From IMG/VR virus record IMGVR_UViG_3300037343_000250, positions 1 through 64,000 of that record: DNA of 64,000 nt; one strand, given 5' to 3'. Within the stretch, counting starts at the first letter, position 1. Every line of letters starts with the position of its first letter. A program made the translations under genes and the position numbers. Shown one piece after another: positions 8,321 through 17,439 of the stretch. This stretch comes from an uncultured virus (IMG/VR IMGVR_UViG_3300037343_000250). Its lineage: Duplodnaviria; Heunggongvirae; Uroviricota; Caudoviricetes. Below the pieces are notes generated by a model that was not told where the DNA came from, made no database searches, and saw only the letters and a program-made list of their open reading frames with translations.

Positions 8321-9070
8321 ACAAAAAATTGTTTAAGATGCCATACAGAATTTTCTGAAAGAAGAAGCAGATACTGTTCAATAAAGTGTGCGAAAATTGT
8401 TTCACCTGAAACCAAGCAAAAAATATCAGAATCGCGAAAGAAGTTCCTAAAGAAAAACCCTGACAAACATCCTTGGCGTCAAAGAGACAAATTTGTTTCA
8501 GTGCCATGCGAAAAAATTAAGGAAGCTTTAAGAGCAAATAACATATCATTTGTTGAGGAGTGGATTCCGTTAGATGATATGAGTTATTCCATAGACATCG
8601 CCTTTCCTGACATTAAACTTGGTATTGAAATAAACGGAAATCAGCATTACAATTCCGATTGGTCACTGCGTGATTATTATCAAGAGAGGCACAATAAAAT
8701 AGAAGGCGCAGGTTGGAAAATATTGGAAATACACTATTCACAATGTTTCTATCCTGACAACGTACTAAAACTTATAGAACTTGGCGAACAACCAGATTAT
8801 TCTGAGTATTTTGAAACGCAAAGGAAAAGAGTAATTGCTAAGGAAGCAAAAAAACCGCTTTTACCTGGTGTGAAGCATAGAATGAAAACGGACATTAAAT
8901 ACCGTTCAGTTATACTTGCTGTAGAAAACAGCGATATAGATTTTAGCAAATTTGGCTGGGTTTCAGAAGTTTCAAAAATCATTGGAATTACTCCTCCGAA
9001 AGTTAACTTATGGGTGAAACGCCATATGAAAGATTTTTACGAAGATAGGTGCTTCAAGCGAAAACGCTAG
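8315..9070 (+). CDS. free-standing putative homing endonuclease, Vsr/DUF559-like PD-(D/E)xK with zinc finger and NUMOD3-like motif
   Basis: CLRC..YCSIKC; VSPETKQKISESRK; IDIAFPDIKLGIEINGNQHY; GWKILEIH. Confidence 0.75.
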   Translation: MKTKNCLRCHTEFSERRSRYCSIKCAKIVSPETKQKISESRKKFLKKNPDKHPWRQRDKFVSVPCEKIKEALRANNISFVEEWIPLDDMSYSIDIAFPDIKLGIEINGNQHYNSDWSLRDYYQERHNKIEGAGWKILEIHYSQCFYPDNVLKLIELGEQPDYSEYFETQRKRVIAKEAKKPLLPGVKHRMKTDIKYRSVILAVENSDIDFSKFGWVSEVSKIIGITPPKVNLWVKRHMKDFYEDRCFKRKR

Positions 9071-9096
9071 TAGCCACCATAAATAATTAGTAATAT

Positions 9097-9181
9097 GCCC
9101 CCTTGGCGGAACAGGTAGACGCTCCGGACTTAAAATTCGGTTCCTTATGGAGTCTCGGTTCGATTCCGGGAGGGGGCACCA
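9097..9181 (+). tRNA. tRNA-Leu(UAA)
   Basis: GCCCCCT/AGGGGGC-A-CCA; CCGGA-CTTAAAA-TTCGG; variable arm. Confidence 0.93.
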
Positions 9182-9208
9182 AATATAACAATTGTGTTAT
9201 AGTAAATA

Positions 9209-9338
9209 TAGGTATGACGTAACGGATAGAAAATTTGCTTTTCTAGAAAGCAAATTTTTGTTTCAAGTCTGGTGACTAAGTTACGAAGGTAAGACAGCGC
9301 ATTTTACTTTGGGGGTTCGATTCCTCTCAAACCTACCA
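9209..9338 (+). pseudogene. degenerate tRNA-like element (Arg-ACG?) with an inserted palindrome
   Basis: TAGGT.../...ACCTA-CCA ends; D-loop-like AACGGATA; T arm GGGGGTTCGATTCCTCT; TTACGAA; 12-bp palindrome at 9230-9258. Confidence 0.35.
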
Positions 9339-9490
9339 ATATAAAAATAAGGTAGGGATACTGATAAATACATTATACATAGCAATTTGACAACCAAAAG
9401 GAGATGCAAATGTTGTAGATTAGATCGCCGCCGTAACCTATTTGGCTAAAAAGTAAAGTAAATCAAATTCAATCAAATAGGAGACTAAAA

Positions 9491-9907
9491 ATGCCTATAG
9501 AACTAAAAATTAAATCAAAGCACCTTTCAGTAGAAGCGCAGCTAATTCGCTTTGAAGAAAGAAAATTGTTAAAACAGTTTCGTTGGAACATAGAGCAGCA
9601 TAATGCGGCTGGTTCTAATATTGAATATAACCAATATGAAGATCCTATGTATAGTAAATACTACTCGTTAAACAGGCATCGTCGAAAAGATGTTCGCCAA
9701 GAAAACAGAGCAACTTATCTTGCCCGTGCATATATTGCAGGTGTACTATACACCACAGTAGAACATAAAAGAAAGCAAGATAGCGAATATGATTTTTTTC
9801 AATTTGTCGTTCCTCGCGTTGTAGCAATGGTAAACAAATATCGGGATAAATCTACCCCCGAAGTGTCAAAAGAAACTCTTGTTAATTGGTCTAAATTAGA
9901 AAAGTGA
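9491..9907 (+). CDS. basic conserved-type phage hypothetical protein
   Basis: AGGAG SD; ELKIKSKHLS.EA..IR.EE and SL..HR...VR.E.RATYLARAY motifs. Confidence 0.75.
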   Translation: MPIELKIKSKHLSVEAQLIRFEERKLLKQFRWNIEQHNAAGSNIEYNQYEDPMYSKYYSLNRHRRKDVRQENRATYLARAYIAGVLYTTVEHKRKQDSEYDFFQFVVPRVVAMVNKYRDKSTPEVSKETLVNWSKLEK

Positions 9908-10241
9908 TATAGTGATTTACATGCAGATATGTGTATCTGCATGTAAATCCAAAGCAATTCAATGGTGGTTTGCCTCACAAACCACCATTTATGACAGTCA
10001 AAATTTATTTTGGGAAAAACAAAAGTTAGAGTTCTCATCCCAATAGTTGGGGATGGTAGTTTGGTGGATAGTGTTTGACTAAGCCATTAAGTGAATGGGA
10101 ATAAACCAGTATTGTTTTCAAACTACGATCATGTTGCCGCGCGGCATGATAAGAGATAATGCCTTTTGTGTAAACGGTGGGTATAGGCGCGGCCAATTTT
10201 CATGGGTTTGATATCAAGCTTAAAATTTAGGAGAAATTTGA

Positions 10242-10481
10242 ATGTTCACAAACGAAATTAAATTTGATGAGACAGTAACAGTTCTGATGGATGAAACAGC
10301 AGAACATGATGATGTTGAATTGTTAATAGATGATGATGGTGTTTGGCTTAAACAGTGGTGTGAGACATTGAATAGTTACGAATTTATTTCCATGTCACAT
10401 CAGATGTTTTATGAATTACAAGAAGCACTAAAAAAACCAGAAGGTATGTATCGGGTTAGCTACACAAGCACTGATAAATAG
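10242..10481 (+). CDS. acidic hypothetical protein
   Basis: AGGAG SD, intact ORF. Confidence 0.7.
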   Translation: MFTNEIKFDETVTVLMDETAEHDDVELLIDDDGVWLKQWCETLNSYEFISMSHQMFYELQEALKKPEGMYRVSYTSTDK

Positions 10482-10512
10482 TAGCATACCAATTTACATT
10501 TAGGAGAAAAGT

Positions 10513-10956
10513 ATGGACAAATCAATTTTAGTAGAGCGCCTAAAAGTCGTATTAGCAACTACTTTTTCATTGTATCTAAAAACGCATAATTATCATTGGA
10601 ACGTTACAGGACAAAATTTTAGTGAGTATCACAGATTCTTTTCCGAATTCTATATCAACTTACATAACTCAGTAGATATATATGCAGAGCACATCAGGGC
10701 TTTAGACTCATATGCGCCAGGCTCGCTAAAAAGATTTTCAGAACTTTCGCTTATTTCTGATGAAATTGCAGTGCCAAGCCCAAAATTTATGCTAATTCGA
10801 TTAGCTTCTGATAATATGTTATTGACACAAGAGCTTAATGAAGTGGTAAATATTGCAGATGAACTGGGGGAAAGAGGATTAACTTCGACTCTTGAAACGC
10901 AAATTCAGTTCCACGAAAAAATGCAATGGATGCTCAAATCCTATACAGGCGAATAA
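10513..10956 (+). CDS. dps: Dps-family ferritin-like protein
   Basis: KTHNYHWNVTG.NF...H..F...AEHIRAL...HEKMQWML. Confidence 0.9.
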   Translation: MDKSILVERLKVVLATTFSLYLKTHNYHWNVTGQNFSEYHRFFSEFYINLHNSVDIYAEHIRALDSYAPGSLKRFSELSLISDEIAVPSPKFMLIRLASDNMLLTQELNEVVNIADELGERGLTSTLETQIQFHEKMQWMLKSYTGE

Positions 10957-11030
10957 TAATAAAAAATTGTGTTGACATCATATCTTCTTTGTAATACATT
11001 GATTGTATAGAGAAATGAAAAGGAAACACC

Positions 11031-11375
11031 ATGTCTTTTGAAAAAATGAATCGTCCTTCTGTAGGTGAGCAAAACGGTCTTGTGAACGGTATGCAATACC
11101 ATAACACTCGCCACGCTCAGGATGGAGGCGTTGATGAGGTTGATTGGACTACCAAAGGCTTGCGCATTACCCGTTTTCGTATGCTTTCAGACCCAGGGTT
11201 TCCTTTCTGGGACATTTCATATGTGCACGGCATCCTTGATGGAATGCACGTTGATGTGCATGTGCCATTCAGTCAACTGCCAAAATACGGTATGCGCGCA
11301 GCATTGTATAAAGAAGCAAAGGCGACTGGCAAATTTATCAATGGCCTTTTTGATGCGATTTCAACCTTAAACTAA
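11031..11375 (+). CDS. hypothetical early protein
   Basis: early promoter at 10972 and AAGGA SD. Confidence 0.75.
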   Translation: MSFEKMNRPSVGEQNGLVNGMQYHNTRHAQDGGVDEVDWTTKGLRITRFRMLSDPGFPFWDISYVHGILDGMHVDVHVPFSQLPKYGMRAALYKEAKATGKFINGLFDAISTLN

Positions 11376-11387
11376 AGGACAAATATT

Positions 11388-12077
11388 ATGAATGAACGGT
11401 ATTATTGTTTTCCAGACATTCATGGATGTAATAGTGTTTTGAAAACAGCATTACAGACTGTGTATGATTGCAACCCAGAAGGTGGAAAAATTATATTTTT
11501 GGGTGATTATATTGATCGTGGCCCTGATAATTATGGGGCACTTCAAACTGTAATGAACCCCCCAGAAAATTGGGAGTTTGTATGTCTGCTTGGAAACCAT
11601 GAAAGTATGTTTCTTGAATCTTATAAAAAAGGAACGAGTTTCCACAATCGAAAAGCGGCACTCGATATTGCTGGTTATAGTCAAAATGATACTCAAACGT
11701 ATCAAACAGTACTAAGTAGTATTCCACGTGATGTTATTGAATGGATGCATTTTCTTAAACTGTACCACATTGAAGATAAGAACGTATTTGCCCATGCTTA
11801 TTATGATGATTCTCTTTCGCCAGAAAATCAGGTAGAATATTCCTGTGTATGGTATCGTATGCATGATAGCGAACCATACAATAACCAAAATCAAGGGTTA
11901 TATCTTACGCATGGACATACACCAAAAAAGAATGGCCCAATTATGACAACCAATCGGTTAAATCTTGATGCTGGTGCGGTATTTTACGGAAAGTTTGTAA
12001 TTGCCGAATATCACAAAAACAAGCAGGGTCCAGTTGCATTTTATGAGTTTCTTTTTGAAGATCACCTCAACTTTTGA
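11388..12077 (+). CDS. Ser/Thr protein phosphatase-like metallophosphoesterase
   Basis: DIHG, GDYIDRG, GNHE, HGHTP, NLDAGA. Confidence 0.9.
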   Translation: MNERYYCFPDIHGCNSVLKTALQTVYDCNPEGGKIIFLGDYIDRGPDNYGALQTVMNPPENWEFVCLLGNHESMFLESYKKGTSFHNRKAALDIAGYSQNDTQTYQTVLSSIPRDVIEWMHFLKLYHIEDKNVFAHAYYDDSLSPENQVEYSCVWYRMHDSEPYNNQNQGLYLTHGHTPKKNGPIMTTNRLNLDAGAVFYGKFVIAEYHKNKQGPVAFYEFLFEDHLNF

Positions 12078-12303
12078 TATATGTAAAGGCAACACAAAAT
12101 GACTGTAGATGAACTGCGCAAAATTTTAGATACCTTGCCAAATAATACAGAAATAGAGTTTATCGGATATGCACAAGGTCGTGAATTCATAGAAAAGGCG
12201 GCACCATCTGATTTCGTTTACGACAAATGGAATTCAGCACTAATGATTAAAACAGACTGGAATTGATATTGACATAATGCCATAAAACATAATGGTGTAA
12301 AGA

Positions 12304-12528
12304 ATGGACGTAATTATTGGACTTGGTGTTATACTGTTGCTATTTTACATTCTTATTAAAGGTGGAATACAAACATTCAAACGAAATTGGGGTATTGCTT
12401 TAGTGTTATTTGTGCTATTGACACCCATTTGGTTTTTATGGGCAACGGTAGAAATTTTTATTGAGCCCCCAACAGTTAAACAGTTGGAAGTAAATGTAAC
12501 GATCAACAAAACAGATGAAAAGGTATAG
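12304..12528 (+). CDS. small membrane protein
   Basis: two hydrophobic helices. Confidence 0.65.
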   Translation: MDVIIGLGVILLLFYILIKGGIQTFKRNWGIALVLFVLLTPIWFLWATVEIFIEPPTVKQLEVNVTINKTDEKV

Positions 12529-12532
12529 TAAA

Positions 12533-12697
12533 ATGGAAGTAGTATTTGTATTGGTAATTAGTGGTATTCTTGCCATGGTTTCACATAAGATGGCGGAAAA
12601 TCGAAATCGGAGTGGTGCCGCATGGGCTGTCGGCGGTTTCTTTTTGGGGTTTTTTGCAATAGCAGCAATTTACCTACTAGGCGATGCTAAAAAGTAA
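12533..12697 (+). CDS. small membrane protein
   Basis: MEVVFVLV...AENRNRSGAAWAVGGFFLG; start chosen at the second Met. Confidence 0.6.
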   Translation: MEVVFVLVISGILAMVSHKMAENRNRSGAAWAVGGFFLGFFAIAAIYLLGDAKK

Positions 12698-12734
12698 TTT
12701 TGGTGACAAGTTAGGTGTTTGATATAAATAAAGG

Positions 12735-13385
12735 ATGAATGATTCAGAAGCTTACACAAAATTTAAATCGCATAGAAAATGGTTCAGTAAGCTATGGCTT
12801 TCTGAATCGTTAGGTTATCAGTGCGGGCCTTCGGGTATAGCGCCACATAGCAGTGGTTGGTATGTCGTAAGGCCGATAATGAACCTTTCCGGTATGGGGT
12901 TAGGCGCTAAAAAAATCTATATCGATGTTGGAGACTCATCGAAAGTTCCGCCCGGATATTTTTGGTCAGAATGGTTTTCGGGAACACAATATTCGGTGTG
13001 CTTCAAATGGATAGATGGTGTTTGGTGCGATGTGTCTTGTTGGGAAGCAGATAGAAATGAAAATAATTTACCAAGATTCAATAAATGGTCTAGATGTGAA
13101 AATCAAAAGTTTGCGTTAGGTGAAATTTTTAATCAATTGCATACTGACGTCGATGATATAAATGTAGAGTTCATAGATCAAAAAATTATCGAAGTGCATT
13201 TAAGAAAAACGCCAGACCCAGATTATGATGTGCTAATTCCTATTTGGTCAGACCAGCATTATTTGATTGCTAATTATGAAAAATTAGGGTATTCTTATAT
13301 CGAAAGTTATGATGATGCTGATGGATTTTTGAAACCACATCGCATAGGATTTGTAGTAAAAAATAACTGCGAGGTGAAATACTAA
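12735..13385 (+). CDS. truncated ATP-grasp-like protein
   Basis: VVRPIMNLSGMGLGA, WSEWFSG.QYSV, INVEF..KIIEVHLR; late promoter just upstream. Confidence 0.5.
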   Translation: MNDSEAYTKFKSHRKWFSKLWLSESLGYQCGPSGIAPHSSGWYVVRPIMNLSGMGLGAKKIYIDVGDSSKVPPGYFWSEWFSGTQYSVCFKWIDGVWCDVSCWEADRNENNLPRFNKWSRCENQKFALGEIFNQLHTDVDDINVEFIDQKIIEVHLRKTPDPDYDVLIPIWSDQHYLIANYEKLGYSYIESYDDADGFLKPHRIGFVVKNNCEVKY

Positions 13386-13400
13386 GAATGGAAAATTACA

Positions 13401-13892
13401 ATGTTTAAAAAAATATCGGCAATCGCTACTTTATGTATTTTTGCAACAAAAGTAAATGCATTTGATGCATTTACTTTTGTTCGTATAATGGAAGTAGCGC
13501 CCAATTACACGATAGGGCATCTCGAAGTTCCAGAAACAAGATGTTATGACGTAAGTATTCCGGTGTACCAAAATAACCGTTCTAGTAATGGTGACATTCT
13601 TGCTGGTGCCATCATAGGTGGCGTTTTAGGTAAATTGGCGACCAATGACGATGGTGGTGCGTTTGCTGGAGTGGTGATAGGTTCTTTAATTGGTTCGATT
13701 GATGGCAATAACATTTTGATGGGGTATCAAAATGTACAACAATGCGAAACAATTATAGTGTGCGAGCTGGCAGAAATTATTCAAGGTTACACAGTAACAT
13801 ATTCAGGTAAATTGGGCGTCGGTATTGTCAATACAAGATATCAATACCCTATCGGCACTGTCATGAGTTTAGAAGAGCTATTTTCTGGATGA
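13401..13892 (+). CDS. exported glycine-zipper protein
   Basis: signal peptide; GAIIGGVLG...GAFAGVVIGSLIG. Confidence 0.7.
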   Translation: MFKKISAIATLCIFATKVNAFDAFTFVRIMEVAPNYTIGHLEVPETRCYDVSIPVYQNNRSSNGDILAGAIIGGVLGKLATNDDGGAFAGVVIGSLIGSIDGNNILMGYQNVQQCETIIVCELAEIIQGYTVTYSGKLGVGIVNTRYQYPIGTVMSLEELFSG

Positions 13893-14338
13893 AATATAAC
13901 AATCATATATATGAAATTATCCACGCAAAAATAGATCCATGGATTATGCAATGCCCACACAAGACAAAAGATGAAATATTTATAGATATGTTAAGGGATA
14001 TGGATAACAACATCACATTTCCACTTGAAAAAGATGATATGGTTTTTTACATGATGCCAGAGACGCCTTGGCTTGCAAAACTTAATGTGTTTTCAGACAC
14101 CAAAAATGCAAAACAGGCTTTAACATCTGCGATATATCTAACCGATTATATGTTTGAAAATATGAAAACGCTGCGAAAAATTTACGGAATTAGTCCACAC
14201 AAAAAGTTTGTCCGCATGATAAACAAAATAGGTTGGAAGCAGGAAGGCGTGTTGTCAGAATCGTTTTTGGACAAAAATGGTGACATGGTAGATCAATACG
14301 TATTTGGTGTAACAAGAGATGAATTTAAACTTAGATAA
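13889..14338 (+). CDS. GNAT (RimJ/RimL-like) acetyltransferase
   Basis: KIGWKQEGVLSESF..NG..VDQYVFGVTR. Confidence 0.65.
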   Translation: MKYNNHIYEIIHAKIDPWIMQCPHKTKDEIFIDMLRDMDNNITFPLEKDDMVFYMMPETPWLAKLNVFSDTKNAKQALTSAIYLTDYMFENMKTLRKIYGISPHKKFVRMINKIGWKQEGVLSESFLDKNGDMVDQYVFGVTRDEFKLR

Positions 14339-14384
14339 TTCATCTTATAAATAGCTTTAATAACAAAATATGGAGCGCAGTTAC

Positions 14385-16517
14385 ATGAAGTCTTTTATCA
14401 ATTTCAAAGACCAAGAATTATTCTTTGAGTCACTTAACACCGCTGTTGAGTTTCAGATGACCGAAGATACTATGCTGCCAAAGCAAATTTATGCTTCTGC
14501 TTCTATCAATGGGTCCGATTACGGTATGTCATTGGTAGAGACAACATATGACAAAGTTTACATGATAGAACTATATCGTATTGTGAATGTCAAGAAAAGA
14601 ACATGGTCATTTAAAACCCCAGCAGACATCCGACCAGTATTGGCAACATTTCTAAAATTCATGGAGGCTTCGTATCCATTTATAAAAAATAGAATGGATG
14701 GTATTATTATTGACATACCAAGTAAAGCAGGGTCAGAAAGATACCAAAGTCTTCTAACAAAAATAATCAAAAAAACATACATCCAAACATTTAGGGTAGT
14801 TCCAGTCAAAAAGATTTCAGATGGTGCAAGAAATTACATCTTTGTCACCAAGAAAAGTGTCAAACCAGAAACAATATTCAAAACTGTTGTATTCACAAAA
14901 CACTTCGAATTTGATCCGACCGGAATGGACATACAAGATATCGTGTCAAGTGAAAATTTGGAAACAATTGCTGTCCCGTATAAAAGACAAAAAGAGACTG
15001 TGAGTACAAAACCAAGCAAGTTGTTTGCATTCAAAAAATTAGATTTGGGAAATGAGATTGCCAGTTCGGATATAAAACTTATAGATGACATTTCTAATAA
15101 AGCTGTTCAGAGCAAAGGCGGCAGCAATGTTGTTGATTTGTTAGGAAATAAAGAAGTTGTTGGTGATAAAGTTGAAGAAGTTCCGCTTGGTAAGTTTAAC
15201 TTAAATTATTCGCCAAATGACCAAATTGATGCTAATAACATACCAATTGCTGGCCTAATAAAAACTAGAATGAACCCATATACATTAGATACCTTGATTA
15301 AAATGGGTAAGACAGAAAAAAAGATGGATAATCCTAATGTTGTAAAATATCTCAAAAAAGCATTTAAACAAGTTTATGACTATGAAATTTCGCCTTCTAT
15401 GAAAAAAGTTATAGTTAATATGGGATTGGCTAATGATAATGGATTAATAAAAGTTGGTGTTAAAAATAAATCAATGTGGGAAAAAGTATTGAACGATGCT
15501 ATAGATATGCCTGTATATGAAGCGAATTTGGCTTCTAAAGAGTTAAAAGAATTGAAGAAAATAGATAACAATTCGCCTTCAAATACACAATTTGAAAGAG
15601 AAGTTCTGTCCGCAAAAGTTCTTGAAATGCCATTTGCTATTAGCACAACAAACGAAGCTTTCAAATCTGATAATGATACCAAATGGGATGATGGAACAAT
15701 CGGATTTGTGAATTTTAACGAAGACATTTCTAAAAAAATAGATGTAGTAAAAAATAACGAAGGCTACAAAAAATTCGATGATATTTTTAAAGGTGTTTTG
15801 AACAGTATAGACACATCTAAATTGACTGTGGAAGAAGCCAAACAAGAAAAAGCCATAAGAGCTTTCAAAAGTTACACTGCTTCTGGATTCATGTCAATAA
15901 ATCCAAATCTTAGAAATTCTATGGCTACTATGAAAGATGGAAATTTCATATTGGACCCCCGATCAGATGCCATGTTTGCTTTTTATAATGAATACGCAGT
16001 AGAGATGGAAGAAGATATGTGGGTGTATCGAAATTGTGAAGTCCCAAGCCAAAAAAACTTTAAACCAGGTGATGTATTCGTAGACCCCGCATGGCTATCC
16101 ACCTCATTAAGTTCAGATGTCAAAATGGGAAACAAACCAAATTCTACGCGAATGAAAATCTATTTGCCTAAAGGTACTAAGTGTATTCCGATATTAAACT
16201 ATTCAAGCGTGTCGAAAGAAAAAGAAATAATGTTGCCCCCATTTAGTAGAATTAGACTGACCGAAGTGTACCATACAATACTGAATAACAAAACTAAACC
16301 ATTTGTGGTTGGTGTTTATACAGGCAATGGCGCAAGTAGCTTTTATGAGGCATACAAAAAGGGACCAAGCGAACTTAAAATGTTGTTTGAGGCTAAAGTA
16401 CAAGACACCACAAAAGTCAATACTGGCAAAGATGCCAAAACTGTATGGGATGAAACCCTATTGTCGCACGAAAAAATGAAAGAATTGCAGTTGTCTAAGA
16501 TGAAAATTAAGTATTGA
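14385..16517 (+). CDS. alt: Alt-like virion ADP-ribosyltransferase (VIP2/R-S-E type)
   Basis: YT.SGF..IN..LR; VYRN; WLSTSLS; EKEIMLPP; N-terminal MKSFINF..E resembles a capsid-targeting sequence; TATAAATA at 14346. Confidence 0.75.
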   Translation: MKSFINFKDQELFFESLNTAVEFQMTEDTMLPKQIYASASINGSDYGMSLVETTYDKVYMIELYRIVNVKKRTWSFKTPADIRPVLATFLKFMEASYPFIKNRMDGIIIDIPSKAGSERYQSLLTKIIKKTYIQTFRVVPVKKISDGARNYIFVTKKSVKPETIFKTVVFTKHFEFDPTGMDIQDIVSSENLETIAVPYKRQKETVSTKPSKLFAFKKLDLGNEIASSDIKLIDDISNKAVQSKGGSNVVDLLGNKEVVGDKVEEVPLGKFNLNYSPNDQIDANNIPIAGLIKTRMNPYTLDTLIKMGKTEKKMDNPNVVKYLKKAFKQVYDYEISPSMKKVIVNMGLANDNGLIKVGVKNKSMWEKVLNDAIDMPVYEANLASKELKELKKIDNNSPSNTQFEREVLSAKVLEMPFAISTTNEAFKSDNDTKWDDGTIGFVNFNEDISKKIDVVKNNEGYKKFDDIFKGVLNSIDTSKLTVEEAKQEKAIRAFKSYTASGFMSINPNLRNSMATMKDGNFILDPRSDAMFAFYNEYAVEMEEDMWVYRNCEVPSQKNFKPGDVFVDPAWLSTSLSSDVKMGNKPNSTRMKIYLPKGTKCIPILNYSSVSKEKEIMLPPFSRIRLTEVYHTILNNKTKPFVVGVYTGNGASSFYEAYKKGPSELKMLFEAKVQDTTKVNTGKDAKTVWDETLLSHEKMKELQLSKMKIKY

Positions 16518-16542
16518 CATCTATTTCGTTTATAGTTATAAT
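16514..16542 (+). promoter_or_regulatory. consensus sigma70 early promoter overlapping the alt stop codon
   Basis: TTGACA (16514)-N17-TATAAT (16537). Confidence 0.85.
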
Positions 16543-16565
16543 TAACCCTTAGAAAGGACTATAAC

Positions 16566-16700
16566 ATGACAAAAAAAGATGCATCTAAAAAGGAAAACAT
16601 CACGCCTCCAACTAAAGTTGATTCTGTTTGGGACGAGGTTATGCCATCTCGTGAAGAAATGAACAAACTAAGTAAAACTTCTTTGAAGCTTGAAATGTAG
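16566..16700 (+). CDS. 44-aa peptide resembling the C-terminal tail of the Alt-like protein
   Basis: AAGGA SD; MTKKDASKKENITPPTKVDSVWDEVMPSREEMNKLSKTSLKLEM. Confidence 0.75.
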   Translation: MTKKDASKKENITPPTKVDSVWDEVMPSREEMNKLSKTSLKLEM

Positions 16701-16776
16701 TTCTGCCAAATCACTAATAATTTTACTAACCATCGTATCTCAATTATGGGGTACTTATATAATTTAAGGAAATAAA

Positions 16777-17373
16777 ATGAAAACTACAATTACAACAATC
16801 GCACTTATGTTTGGTACGGCCACATCTGCAATGGCGAATGATTTTGATAATGCCACCTTTGGCCTTACTGTAAACTCTGGAATGATGGATTTTACTGTTG
16901 ACGCTAATCAAAATGCACTAACAGATTTTGAAGTCGGTGTTACTGGGCTTGCACATTCATTGGGTTCTGCTGATGCAGAAGTTCGTGCTGCACTTAACTA
17001 CAATCTTGATGCTGACACCATTGGTCTTCGTGGTGAATATAATCTTGCAATTGCGGTTGCCGATCAGACCGTTGCGTATGGTACAGTTGGGTTGGAATAC
17101 TCCACTGCAAATAACAACCTTTCAAGTGGCGATTTTTCTTTTGACCCATCTGTTGGTGTTACCTATACACTAAATGACCAGATTTCAGTATTTGGTGAAG
17201 TTGGTTATACTTGGAATATCAGCAATGATTGGTCACGCACAAGCGGATATCTGGAAGTTGGTGTGCCAGTAACCGTTGCATCAAAAGTTACACTGACACC
17301 AAGTCTGGTTCGCAGCTTTGATGATGGCCTAGAAAGCACAAATGCAAAGCTATCTCTAAATCTAACTTTCTGA
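16777..17373 (+). CDS. outer-membrane beta-barrel protein
   Basis: signal peptide ending AMA; alternating amphipathic strands; C-terminal LSLNLTF. Confidence 0.8.
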   Translation: MKTTITTIALMFGTATSAMANDFDNATFGLTVNSGMMDFTVDANQNALTDFEVGVTGLAHSLGSADAEVRAALNYNLDADTIGLRGEYNLAIAVADQTVAYGTVGLEYSTANNNLSSGDFSFDPSVGVTYTLNDQISVFGEVGYTWNISNDWSRTSGYLEVGVPVTVASKVTLTPSLVRSFDDGLESTNAKLSLNLTF

Positions 17374-17439
17374 TAAAAAAGGTTGTTTCTTAAACACGCG
17401 GTGGCCATAGGTTAGCCACCATTTTGTATAAATAACTAC

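Noticed and set aside
1426..8466. Minus-strand ORFs over tRNAs (1426-1614, 6025-6288, 8137-8466) and + ORF 2126-2353
   Set aside because: Shadow frames of tRNA genes or of the endonuclease gene, with no SD or protein-like features. The same applies to most short minus-strand ORFs in the window.
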